DNA from: Nitrospirota bacterium
Lineage (GTDB): Bacteria; Nitrospirota; Nitrospiria; Nitrospirales; Nitrospiraceae
DNA length: 64,000 bases
Reading direction: 5' to 3'
NCBI GenBank assembly: GCA_963703955.1
Contig: CAVPGK010000016.1
Coordinates: forward strand, 32,001 to 96,000
The position numbers and the translations under genes were made by a program. The notes beneath the pieces were generated by a model. The model ran no database searches. It was not told the origin of the DNA and saw nothing but the letters and a program-made list of their open reading frames with translations. Below, one piece after another: positions 22,137-32,030 of the stretch. Numbering within the stretch: the stretch's first letter is position 1; each line of letters starts with the position of its first letter.

Positions 22137-22521
22137 TTACATGGCGCTTAGGACGCCGACTGCTTTTATGTGCTAGTGACCTTGCGCAAGACCCGCCGGT
22201 CGGTAGAGAGGCAGCTTCTTCCGTCGTCTGGTCACCGGAAAGAATCGAAGACCTAATCGCTTCGTTGGTTGTCACCAGTGGCTCTCATAGCCGTGAAGCG
22301 CTTGGCTTCCGGTTCCTAAGCGGAACGCCCACCTCGTGCGGTGGGTCCTACCGCCGTCGGGCCTGTCTGGCCCGGGGGACTTGGATCATCCATCTTCTGA
22401 TCCCCTCCTTTTCCAGCCCGGTTTCAGGGCTGAACGGATTCCATCGCTAAAGGAATACTCTCGGATGGACATCATTCCGCGAAGCCCGTCACAGACGCAC
22501 AACTATGCTCCTCAATTCCGA

Positions 22522-22537
22522 AGCAATGCTAATGCCA
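22522..22537 (-). promoter_or_regulatory. Sigma-54 -24/-12 promoter
   Basis: Minus strand TGGCATTAGCATTGCT (GG-N10-GC). Confidence 0.55.
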
Positions 22538-22797
22538 ATGAATCGGCATTGCTCTGCGGAGAACACGATCAATAGGACTCCTAGATGATCAAGGTCTTAG
22601 GTGAATCTTAATCCGAGCTCGGGCAGCGATCGGCAGCCGGCCCGGGAGCCATGTTGCCAAATGCACCACCACGGAACCAGCAAATGGCCGTTTTGAACCA
22701 GACGATCGGAACGTGACTGGGACAGTGACTTCCAGTCAGCCTCTCGCTATACTCCACAATTCAGTTGAGGATCATGATCATTAAGGAGGGGCGCTCG

Positions 22798-23118
22798 ATG
22801 GCAGAACTGACGGTAATTGCCAGGGCGAAGGCAAAACCCGGACATGAAGCCGACCTGGAACGTGCCATGCGAGCCGTGGTGAGTCCATCGCACGACGAGC
22901 AGGGGTGTTTGCGATATACCGTTCATCGATCCGTTGGAGATCCTGCAAGTTTTGTGACCGTGGAACGGTGGGCATCCAAGGAAGCCATGGATCGGCATTT
23001 TACCGCCCCTCACACTCAGTCCTTGCTAAAGAAAATTCCGGAGTTGCTGCTCGAACCGCCCGACATTTCCGTCTTTGAATTACTCCCCGAGGGCCGTTCG
23101 GAGAAAGGAAGGTTATGA
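22798..23118 (+). CDS. Antibiotic biosynthesis monooxygenase (putative quinol monooxygenase) family
   Basis: AKPGHE, EQGCLRYTVH, FVTVERW...HFTAPH; AAGGAGG RBS. Confidence 0.9.
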   Translation: MAELTVIARAKAKPGHEADLERAMRAVVSPSHDEQGCLRYTVHRSVGDPASFVTVERWASKEAMDRHFTAPHTQSLLKKIPELLLEPPDISVFELLPEGRSEKGRL

Positions 23119-23146
23119 TCTCCTGCCTCGATCATATGAGGTCGTC

Positions 23147-24049
23147 ATGGCGTTGAAATATGCGTTGTACCCCGGGTGCGCGGCAAAAGGAGCCACGCCT
23201 GAGCTGTATCAGTCTACGATGGCCATCATCGGGCGGTTGGGCATCGAGGTCGTGGAGCTGGCGGCGGCATCCTGCTGTGGAGCTGGGGTGGTAGGGGAGG
23301 CCGACCCGGATACGGCGTTGGCATTGAATGCGCGCACCTTTGCTCAAGCCGAACAGCTCGGGCTCGATATCATGACAATCTGCGGTACGTGCCAGGGAGT
23401 GATGGGGTCGGCCAACAAGCGTTTGAAAGAGCCGGGGGTCCTTGATCGGATCAACCAGTTGCTGGCGCAGGATGGGATCAGTTATCGAGGAACGATTCAC
23501 GTCAAGCATCTGCTCTGGATCGTCGTCCGAGAAATCGGCGTAGCGCGGCTTGCGGAACAGGTCAAAGTACCGATGAATGATTTTCGGATCGCGCCCTTCT
23601 ACGGCTGCTACATCTTACGCCCGTCCTGGGACCTCGGGGTCGATGACCCTGAGAATCCTACATCGCTGGAGAAAGTCATTCAAGCGGTGGGTGGTGAGTC
23701 GGTCGTCTACCCGGGACGCACCAAGTGCTGCGGATTTCCCATCATCTTGGAAAAGGAAGCCATTGCCGTTGCAATGGCCGGAACGAATATGAAAGAAGCC
23801 AAGGATGAAGGCGCCGACTTCATGGTGACGCCCTGTCCACTCTGTCACATGAGTTTGGACATTTATCAGGATCGGGCCGGCCGGGCAGTCAACACCCAGT
23901 TGAATCTTCCCATTCTACACTTACCGCAGCTGCTCGGCCTAGCCATGGGAATTCCGGCTAAAGATCTCGGCGTATCGCGCCATTTGGTACCCGTCGACTC
24001 CATTGTGCGGCGCGTGGAGAAGCGGCGGTCGGAAGTGGTGAAGGGATGA
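23147..24049 (+). CDS. CCG-domain HdrB-like subunit (SdhE-type partner of non-canonical SDH)
   Basis: YPGC, SCCGAG, TICGTC, FYGC, KCCG, TPCPLC, LPQLLGLAMG. Confidence 0.85.
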   Translation: MALKYALYPGCAAKGATPELYQSTMAIIGRLGIEVVELAAASCCGAGVVGEADPDTALALNARTFAQAEQLGLDIMTICGTCQGVMGSANKRLKEPGVLDRINQLLAQDGISYRGTIHVKHLLWIVVREIGVARLAEQVKVPMNDFRIAPFYGCYILRPSWDLGVDDPENPTSLEKVIQAVGGESVVYPGRTKCCGFPIILEKEAIAVAMAGTNMKEAKDEGADFMVTPCPLCHMSLDIYQDRAGRAVNTQLNLPILHLPQLLGLAMGIPAKDLGVSRHLVPVDSIVRRVEKRRSEVVKG

Positions 24050-24137
24050 ATGAGACAGTGGGCACGCGCAAGAGGAACATCCTGATCGCCTCATGGTGCG
24101 TCACTATTCGGGAAGGATAGAGGAGAGAACGCGAGTA

Positions 24138-24455
24138 ATGGATGTTGTGAATATTTCCGATTATCACCAGTTTAGTTCTGAGAAGATGAAGAAGAACAAT
24201 GTTTTTGAAACGCCGCGGTTTTTTTGCGACGTGTATTGTTTCGAGCCCGGACAAGAACAAAAGGGACATGTCCATGGCGAACAGGATAAGGTCTACCTGG
24301 TGCTTGAAGGTCAGGGAAAATTTAGAGTCGGAACTGAAGAACGGGAGCTTGGCCCCGGGCAGGGGACCATGGCGCCTGCCGGTGAACAGCACGGGGTCGT
24401 GAACCATACGAACAGCCGACTCAAGGTTTTGGTGTTCGTTGCACCGAACTCGTAG
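24138..24455 (+). CDS. Cupin-domain protein
   Basis: GHVHGEQDKVYLVLEG...PAGEQHGVVN. Confidence 0.9.
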   Translation: MDVVNISDYHQFSSEKMKKNNVFETPRFFCDVYCFEPGQEQKGHVHGEQDKVYLVLEGQGKFRVGTEERELGPGQGTMAPAGEQHGVVNHTNSRLKVLVFVAPNS

Positions 24456-24461
24456 CTGCTG

Positions 24462-25208
24462 TTATTCCACCAGCGGGATCGACACGCTGATAGCGCCGGC
24501 GAGATCCCCGTCAAGGGCGCCTTCCTTAGGGTATCCGGAAATGTCGAGGTCTCCAGCCGGTCTTCCGTGGCACTTGAGGCAGTCTTTTTCATAATAGATC
24601 GGAGTCATCACCCGCAGCGTTTTTCCTCCGTCGGTCAGTTCACTGACCGGTGCGGAAAAGCCGACTTGATCTACTAACCGGCGAAGGACGGCCTCTTCGT
24701 AAGAGTCCGGCTGGTTCTTCTCGTTGCGGGGCTGTAGGGCAGTCTGTTTAAGCCGCACGCGCGACTTGGCCGAAAATCTCGCAGCAGCCTGGCTTCCGAA
24801 TGTCGCGGGAATAAAGTTCTTGTACCCCACCCCGCGCTGGTTGATCACGACTTGGGCATCCGCAACGACAGTCCTGCTGGCCGCGACGAGTGCACGCAAG
24901 AGATCTCGGGCCGTCGGTGGCACACGAGCTGCGTTCAGGTGGGTGAGATCGATGCCGGTGCGTGCTTGGAATTCCTGGACAAGAAGCTTCTCGAAGACTT
25001 CTGGTGTGAACCCCTTGTTGCCTCTGTGCTGATCATCAATCAAAGGCTGGTTTCGATCGATCACCACCCGGCCCGCATCGAGCAGGTCTGCCAGCAGCCG
25101 CGCCGTTTCCTCGGCCTCGATACGGTTCACGGCCGTGGCCGTATTGGGGACGAAGAACAACGCGGATCCAAGGACTGCAATCAAAAGTCTGTGTCCCCAA
25201 CTTTCCAT
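24462..25208 (-). CDS. Exported Tll0287/DUF3365-type monoheme c protein
   Basis: Signal peptide; PRNEKNQPDSYE; LRVMTPI...CLKCHG...GDLAGAISV. Confidence 0.8.
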   Translation of the reverse strand: MESWGHRLLIAVLGSALFFVPNTATAVNRIEAEETARLLADLLDAGRVVIDRNQPLIDDQHRGNKGFTPEVFEKLLVQEFQARTGIDLTHLNAARVPPTARDLLRALVAASRTVVADAQVVINQRGVGYKNFIPATFGSQAAARFSAKSRVRLKQTALQPRNEKNQPDSYEEAVLRRLVDQVGFSAPVSELTDGGKTLRVMTPIYYEKDCLKCHGRPAGDLDISGYPKEGALDGDLAGAISVSIPLVE

Positions 25209-25231
25209 ACTGTTTTACCCCTTGTCCTTAC

Positions 25232-26275
25232 TCAATGGTCGGCGGCCCATCGGCATTGCCCTTGGTCGTAATGCTGAGGCATGTCTTTCGGAGCGAATGG
25301 GAGGCCTTCTTTGGCTGCGCGGCGAGGATAGGCATAGGTCTCTTCCAACCAGCGACGCCGCATTTCCGCGAGTCGGCCCGATTGGTCGAGACGAAAAAGG
25401 AGGTCATTGACGAGCCCTCTGAGTCGATAACTTTCCTCCGCCATCACAACCGTGTAGTGCTCCTCTGTCAAGAGCAGCGGCCTATCGGTCGTCCCAAGCA
25501 GTGGGCGCCAATCTTTGCGCACTCGTGCCACGACGAACTGCAGGACCGGCTGTTTCCCCAAAATCACATCGATCGCCGGGTCCTGAGATTCGAACGCGGC
25601 TGGGAGTGAGTCACAGAGCACCAGTCTGCTGCCTGTGAGGTGCGCTTGCGCGTAGAGATGCGTGCCAGTCCCTTCCTGCACCGCCACGGCGAGGCCGCTC
25701 AGTGCCTCTTGTATTGAATCGGTCCCGTTTGGTTTGGTCTCTCGCCGATCGAGGGACGCGCGCACCCGCTCAGCCACTTCGGGCCGTTGAGTGATCCCGC
25801 TTGTTCCACCGTGATAGAAATACGGCGTCGAGTAAGCCAGCCCAGCACGCGCCGGGGAAGGGACATTGGCGCTCACCGCGGACACGAAGAGATCCAGCTT
25901 TCCTTCGTTCAACTCGACGAACAAATCCCGGAACCGAACCAAACGAAGCACGGGAATGACCTCTCGATTCCCGCAATGCCGGGATAGTGCGCCCGTGATT
26001 TCGCGAACAAGTTCTACGTCCATACCAGTAACCCGCAAGCCCTCGTCCGTGAAGATCGCGGGAAACACGAAGGGTCGTAGAGGTTCAACGGACATCCCCA
26101 CGTGTACTTTGCTCCGCGCGCAGATGGTATCGACCTCGTCTCTCGCGATTGGTCCTATGAGTTGGACAGCGTCAATGATAAGCCCGCATCCCTGAACGAT
26201 CAGCCCCAAGATCAGGAGGCAGACCTGCACAATGAATCTGCTGGTCAAAATCGTATGCCGGTGAGAAAGATCCAT
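25232..26275 (-). CDS. Solute-binding protein family 3 lipoprotein
   Basis: VQGC lipobox; TGMDVELVREI, LNEGKLDL, YSTPY, VAVQEGT, GRLAEMRRRW. Confidence 0.8.
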   Translation of the reverse strand: MDLSHRHTILTSRFIVQVCLLILGLIVQGCGLIIDAVQLIGPIARDEVDTICARSKVHVGMSVEPLRPFVFPAIFTDEGLRVTGMDVELVREITGALSRHCGNREVIPVLRLVRFRDLFVELNEGKLDLFVSAVSANVPSPARAGLAYSTPYFYHGGTSGITQRPEVAERVRASLDRRETKPNGTDSIQEALSGLAVAVQEGTGTHLYAQAHLTGSRLVLCDSLPAAFESQDPAIDVILGKQPVLQFVVARVRKDWRPLLGTTDRPLLLTEEHYTVVMAEESYRLRGLVNDLLFRLDQSGRLAEMRRRWLEETYAYPRRAAKEGLPFAPKDMPQHYDQGQCRWAADH

Positions 26276-26862
26276 TGGTCTGCTTCGCCGCCTTCGCCTT
26301 GAAACTCGATGCTGTACCGCGAGTACTGAATTCCTAGGTCCAACGAGAGCCCCCGCGCCACTGGAAAACGGACGCCGATCTGGCCTCCATACAGATATCC
26401 GACCCCTGAGGGCCCGGGACCGGGCAAGACGCCTCCACCCAGAAGCCCCGCGTAGGGCACGGCTCGATCTTCAAGCGGGCCGAAGAGCACATGGCGGATC
26501 ACTCGATTGATCGGCATTCCTTTCGGGAAATCCAGGATGTCGATGAAGTTGTTCCAGCGCGGATTGAGAAAGAAGGCATTCTGGTCGGTCTTGAACTCAT
26601 CCGTATGGATGCTAAAAAATTGATAGATTGCCCGGACTTCCAGGTTCCCGTAACGGAGAGCCGTGATCCCGGCTTGGATGGTAATTTCTCGATCATCCGG
26701 AGCGAAGTTTTGCTGCCGGACTGCGACGTCAAAGTTGAAAGGTCGGAGCGGGAACCACACAACGTTCGCCTCTTGCCCAATAGCCGTCCCTGAACAAAGT
26801 TGGAGAAGGGCAAGCGACACGAACAGATGTATCCGATGTAGCCGTTCACTCCGTAGGTTCAT
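26245..26862 (-). CDS. Small outer-membrane beta-barrel protein
   Basis: Signal peptide, alternating strands (PYAGLLGGG, GGQIGVRF), C-terminal TGIRF. Confidence 0.7.
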   Translation of the reverse strand: MNLRSERLHRIHLFVSLALLQLCSGTAIGQEANVVWFPLRPFNFDVAVRQQNFAPDDREITIQAGITALRYGNLEVRAIYQFFSIHTDEFKTDQNAFFLNPRWNNFIDILDFPKGMPINRVIRHVLFGPLEDRAVPYAGLLGGGVLPGPGPSGVGYLYGGQIGVRFPVARGLSLDLGIQYSRYSIEFQGEGGEADQWIFLTGIRF

Positions 26863-26962
26863 CTGGCCTATCAGGTGCGGATATTTGCACGAGGCAAGGC
26901 ACAAGACTGTCGCATCTGTGAGCGGATCACTTCAACGAAAAAAAGCGGGGGTCTATTCCCGG

Positions 26963-27289
26963 ATGAGGGAGTCCGTCACGTCTCGCCACGCCATCGACCG
27001 CCTGGTGAACGCACTCATCCTGCTCTCCCTCCTCCTTCACATGGGCGGCGGCTGTGCCGCCCGGTATGAGGACATCAAATGGTCGGGGGGCCGCCCTGGA
27101 GTCACCCTTGAGCGGGATTCGTCTGACTGCCGGGAGAAGGCCGAAACGGCAGCGAAGCTCCAACACATGAAAAGCACTGGCGTCGCCGCCCGCCTTCGTG
27201 CGGAACAGGCCTATCGCGAGTGCATGATGGCGAGAGGCTATGTGCAAACTGAGGGTCCGGAGCACGCGGTCACCACGCCGCATGAATAG
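26963..27289 (+). CDS. Small lipoprotein
   Basis: Hydrophobic stretch plus GGC; D...C ... CMMARGY motif. Confidence 0.65.
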   Translation: MRESVTSRHAIDRLVNALILLSLLLHMGGGCAARYEDIKWSGGRPGVTLERDSSDCREKAETAAKLQHMKSTGVAARLRAEQAYRECMMARGYVQTEGPEHAVTTPHE

Positions 27290-27434
27290 TGAAAGTCGAA
27301 TGCAGCTGGCGAATCTCGCCCCACACAATACGGCTGCTGTTGGAGGAAAGCATTGAGCGTGCTTTACGCGTTCTAGCGGTGCTCTGCCAGTGTGCTACCC
27401 GGTCTGGATCATAGGTAACAGAAAGTCCAAGTAA

Positions 27435-27971
27435 ATGGTGCACGGTTCTAGAGAGCGCGTTGTCGAGGCGTTCTGGATTTTGAACGACTTCGTTGGTGAC
27501 CTTATCGGTGCAACGCGAGCCTTTGTGTATTTCGACAGTTCCAAATTCAAGGCAGGCGCTACCGATCAAGTGCTTCGTATTTACAATAAGATGGCAGATG
27601 CGTTTCTTTATGTGACCTTAGCGAAATGGATCGAATTCTACGACCACTACCGCGATGTGATCCCGTCGGAAATTAGAGACGTCTGTAAAAAGCTAAAAAG
27701 CGACCTGGAAAAAAGAGGCGTGCGGGATTTCCGAAACCAGGTCGTTGGTCATATTTGGAGCGATGAGCATCGTCGTCCCTTGTCTTCGAAGGAGATCGAT
27801 GAGCTTGAGAGGAAGATGACCAACGGAGACCCGGAGGGATTCCTGAGATGGGTCAACGATCCAGAGAATCGTCTTGGAGCGACCGTGGTTGGCACCAGCG
27901 AAGCCGTTCGAGATGCAATCCAAACGAAATGGTCGCTGTCGGAGCAGGAACTCAAAACTGGGAGGCGATGA
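27435..27971 (+). CDS. Putative HEPN-domain protein (AbiU2-like)
   Basis: All-helical 178 aa with RNQVVGH (R-N-x4-H); appears more AT-rich than flanks. Confidence 0.55.
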   Translation: MVHGSRERVVEAFWILNDFVGDLIGATRAFVYFDSSKFKAGATDQVLRIYNKMADAFLYVTLAKWIEFYDHYRDVIPSEIRDVCKKLKSDLEKRGVRDFRNQVVGHIWSDEHRRPLSSKEIDELERKMTNGDPEGFLRWVNDPENRLGATVVGTSEAVRDAIQTKWSLSEQELKTGRR

Positions 27972-28206
27972 TGGACAGGCAGAGTCGCCGATTGTTGGCA
28001 ACCGCACTGACGCTGCTCGACGACATCACGCTGAAAATGGCCCTAGGATGTGCGATTGGCGTGACAACCCCTCAGGTGGACAGGAGAACACGAGCATCCC
28101 GGACAGAATGGACATTCCAACACCTTTATGGACAAGGCGATACCAGGGAGCACCCAATATCTTTAACCTAGGGATCGGCCCCGCCGCGGAGTTTCAGACA
28201 CTGCGT

Positions 28207-29203
28207 TTAAGGCGCCGGCGGCGCGATTCCGGTTTGAGGACCCTCGACCTTCCACGGAGTCTGGGGCATGAGCGGCGCCGGTTTTGCGTCGGGCGATGCC
28301 ACCAGCACGGCGATCGCGCCGCGCAGGGCACCGGTCAATGAGTGTGTGACCATTGGATAGGCGCCCGCCGATTCGGCGACCAAGTCGAAGGTGGCGGCGC
28401 TCCCAGGACCGACCACGTAGGTTTGCACGCCAACCTGTTTGTTTGCGGGGTTGCCGCTCTCGTACACAGCATCCCAAATTTCGCCTATCGGATGGAAGGA
28501 CGAAAACTCGTTCGGGCCGGCGTTCACAAAGTAGATGCGCACGCGCTCCCCGGGTTTGGCTTCCAAGGCTTTGCCTCCGGTCACGAAGGGGTGGTACTTA
28601 AACACCCCTCCGTTGAAAACAATATGGTCGAACTTCCGGTCGAACATTCCCTGAACATCGTCCGGGTTCTTGAACAATTCCGATTGAACCAGAACGTATT
28701 CTCGGTCGGCCTTCGGCCACACCGTCGCATTTTTCGGGTCCACGATGACGGCGCCGAACATGCCACGCGCCACGTGTTGAATCATCGGGGGGGCGCCGCA
28801 GTGGTAAAAAAAGACTCCCGGCTTCTTCGCGACAAACGTGTAAATTGATCGTTTCGCCCGCATTGATAGCCCGGTAGTTTTTGAGAAAATCGATCTCTGC
28901 TGCATGGAAGTCCATTGCGTGTGGAAAGGTATTTTCTTTCGGGTTGGTCAGGGTGAACTTGACCGTATCACCCTCGGTCACGCGGACGACCGGCCCAGGC
29001 ACTTGACCATTGAAGGTCCACGCTTTATACCGGTCGCCCCCGCCATCGATAATGACCTCTGTTTCAACCGCTGTCATTTGTACATCATGGGTTTTGGCCG
29101 ACACCGATGGCGTGAGGGCAAACGGACCGGCGCAGGCTGCTCCCGTGGCCAAGGCCATGGCCAAGAATCCAAGGGTTCGTCGTGAGAGTTTGGTTCTAAG
29201 CAT
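28207..29203 (-). CDS. nirK: Copper-containing nitrite reductase, frameshifted near 28845
   Basis: WTFNGQVPGPVVRVTEGD, PHAMDFHAA, FFYHCGAPPMIQHVARGMFG, SSFHPIGEIWD, VTHS. Confidence 0.92.
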
Positions 29204-29270
29204 TGTCTCCTCCTTGCGTCTATCCATGTATGTGAGAGCACGCAAGAGGATAAACGAATTCCCATCTCTA

Positions 29271-29292
29271 AAACATGATGCCGGTCATGTTT
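29271..29292. promoter_or_regulatory. Crp/Fnr-type operator upstream of nirK
   Basis: Perfect inverted repeat AAACATGA-N6-TCATGTTT. Confidence 0.7.
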
Positions 29293-29304
29293 GTGAAATA
29301 ATTA

Positions 29305-30039
29305 CTAGGCGACGGAGAATCTGGAGTGACGAGCGGAAGAGGAAAGAGAAGCCAGTTGCTTCAACCGAGTTAGGTCGCATATGACCAGACATTTGGCCGT
29401 CCCGCACACCAGTCGCTCGCGCTTGAATCGACTCATGATGCGGATCGCCGTTTCGGGGGTGATGCCGGTCATATCCGCCAAATCTTGGCGTGTCAGACGG
29501 ACGGTAAGGTGAAGTCCGTCGGCCTCCTTGACCCCGGCTCTCGATGCCAGATTGACCAAGAGCGCAGCCAATCGCTGCTCGGCGCGATCGAGAGCCAGAA
29601 CCTTGGCATGTTCTTGCGCTTCGTTGAGACGCTTGCCGAGGTACTTGATGATCTCCAAAGCCGCGTCGGGATGCCGACGCAACATGTCAAAGTAGCACTT
29701 CTTGCTGAGCCGCAAGATACTCACATCGCCCATGGGTTGGGCGCATCCGGGGTGAGGAGCGCCGTCGAAGACGGCGGCTTCGCAACAAAAGAGATCACCG
29801 GGCATCAGCACCTTCATCGTGACATCTTTGCCGTCCGGTGATGACTTCACGCACTTCACCGAGCCTTCCTTGACGATGTGGAAATAGTCGGCAGGGTCGC
29901 CCTCTCGGAAGATATATTGATCCTTCGTGTAATGGGTCTCAACGATTTCACGAGCGATCCGCCGGCGCTCGCGCTCGTTCAATGCGTTGAACAGCGGGAT
30001 CTTCTTCAGTGGATCAGCCTTCTTCATGTGGACCGCCAC
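29305..30039 (-). CDS. Crp/Fnr-family transcriptional regulator
   Basis: IFREGDPAD cNMP-like domain; LTRQDLADMTGITPETAIRIMS HTH. Confidence 0.93.
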   Translation of the reverse strand: MAVHMKKADPLKKIPLFNALNERERRRIAREIVETHYTKDQYIFREGDPADYFHIVKEGSVKCVKSSPDGKDVTMKVLMPGDLFCCEAAVFDGAPHPGCAQPMGDVSILRLSKKCYFDMLRRHPDAALEIIKYLGKRLNEAQEHAKVLALDRAEQRLAALLVNLASRAGVKEADGLHLTVRLTRQDLADMTGITPETAIRIMSRFKRERLVCGTAKCLVICDLTRLKQLASLSSSARHSRFSVA

Positions 30040-30063
30040 CGTCCTCCCATCGGATGCTTCCGC

Positions 30064-31925
30064 CTAGATGATGCGTTTAGCAGTCTCGACGATCACCGGT
30101 GCACTAATGCCGTACCGATTCAGCAACTCGTCCGGTTTGCCGCTGTGCGGAATCTCTCGGACCGCCAGCTTGTGCACTCGAATCCCCTCATGTCCCACTG
30201 CGCCCAGGACTGCATCGCCCAACCCGCCGTGTTCGTAATGGTCTTCCACGGTCAGCACGCGCCCATGCGTCGCACGCGCACTTTCCAGCAGCGTGGCCCG
30301 ATCGATGGGGACGATGCTGTACAGGTCAATCACGCGGACGGGGATTCCGGCGGCTTTCAATTGATCGTAGGCTTTCAGCGCCTCGAAGAGCGTGACGCCG
30401 GCGGCCGCAATGGTCAGCCGATCGGACTCGCTTTTCCGTATGACCTTGGCTCCGCCGATCGTAAACGTTTCGTCATTCCCATAGAGAATGGGCGATTTGG
30501 GGCGGCCGGTTCTGATATACACAGGGCCATGATGCGCCGCCGCTGCTTCGACCAGGCGGTGCGTGCACACGGCATCGGATGGATAGAGTACGACCATGCC
30601 GGGCTGCGCGGCCATGATCGCCAGATCTTCGAGCCCCATCTGGGAGGGACCATCTTCGCCGATGCTCACGCCCGCATGGGAGCCCATGAGCTTGATGTTT
30701 GAGTGGCTGATCGCCGCCATGCGGATGAAATCATAGGCCCGGGTGAGGAAGCAGGCAAAGGTGGCTGCAAAAGGGATCTTGCCGCACGCGGCCAAACCGG
30801 CCGCTGCGCCGACCATATTCTGCTCGGCAATGAAACCCTCGAGAAATCGATCGGGGAATTGCCTGCCGAACTTGTCCGTGAAGGTGGAATTCTTGACATC
30901 GGCATCCAAACCCACGACGAGCGGGTTGGCCTCTCCGAGCGCGGCCAGCGCCGCTCCGAAGGCTTCGCGAGTCGCGACTGAATCGGTCGGCTTATAGACC
31001 GGCGGTGCCATAGGCTTGACCGGCTTTGCCGCGTTCTTCGACACGTCCGGCCTGGGTATCTCCGGCTCATCGGTGCTCTGACTCAGTTGCCGGGTCAACT
31101 CGTCGATAGCCTTTTGCATCTCATCGCCCTTCTTTAACGGTTTTCCATGCCAGTCCGGCCGGTCTTCGACGAATGAAATGCCCTTACCCTTGAGCGTTCG
31201 CGCCAGGAGCACCGTCGGCCTGCCCTTTGTGAAGGCGGCTTCATCGAACGCCGCCAGAATGGCCGATAGATCATGCCCATCCACAACGATCGGGTGCCAG
31301 CCGAATCCGGCCCAGCGAGAACGATAGCCTTCCATATCATGCTGCAGCATGGTGGGATCGCTTTGCCCAAGTCGATTGACGTCCACGATCGCGCACAGGT
31401 TGTCCAGGCCATAATGGTGTGCGATCTCAACTGCTTCCCAAACAGACCCCTCCACCGATTCCCCGTCTCCCATGAGCACATAGGTGCGAACGGTGGAACG
31501 ATCCAGACGTTTGGCGTTCACCGCCATGCCGATTCCCGCCGAGAGGCCTTGTCCCAGCGAACCGGTCGCCACATCCACGAACGGCAGACGGGGCGTCGGG
31601 TGACCGTCCAGGTCGGACTCCAAAGTGCGAACTTGAGCAGGTCTTCTTTGGGAACGAGGCCGGCCTCCGCCCACGCCGCGTAGAGCAACGGTGCCGCATG
31701 ACCCTTCGAGAGAATGAACCGGTCGTTGTTCGGATTCTTCGGGTTCTTCGGATCATAGCGCATGACGGAAAAGAAAAGGGCCGCGACAAGATCAGCGGCA
31801 GAGCAGCAACTCGTGGGATGGCCGCTGCCGGCCTCACTGGTCGCCCGGACGCTGTCAATCCTCAAGCGGGTTGCCTTATTGCGCAGCGCTGTGAGAAGGA
31901 TGTGTTGTGTCATGCGCACAGCCAT
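30064..31925 (-). CDS. tkt: Transketolase (~620 aa type), frameshifted near 31628
   Basis: [53 protein letters not shown]. Confidence 0.93.
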
Positions 31926-32030
31926 GCTGAGTCTCCTTGGTCGGGGTTTCTATCCCTTGTAACAAACAGAAGATGGACAGTCAATTTAAGTAATGTCGAC
32001 CCTCCATTCTTCAGCCAATCCCCATTCTCC

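Noticed and set aside
27968..28171. Possible antitoxin ORF after the HEPN-like gene
   Set aside because: It overlaps the stop and has an RBS-like GGAGG, but has no recognisable motif or protein-like composition.
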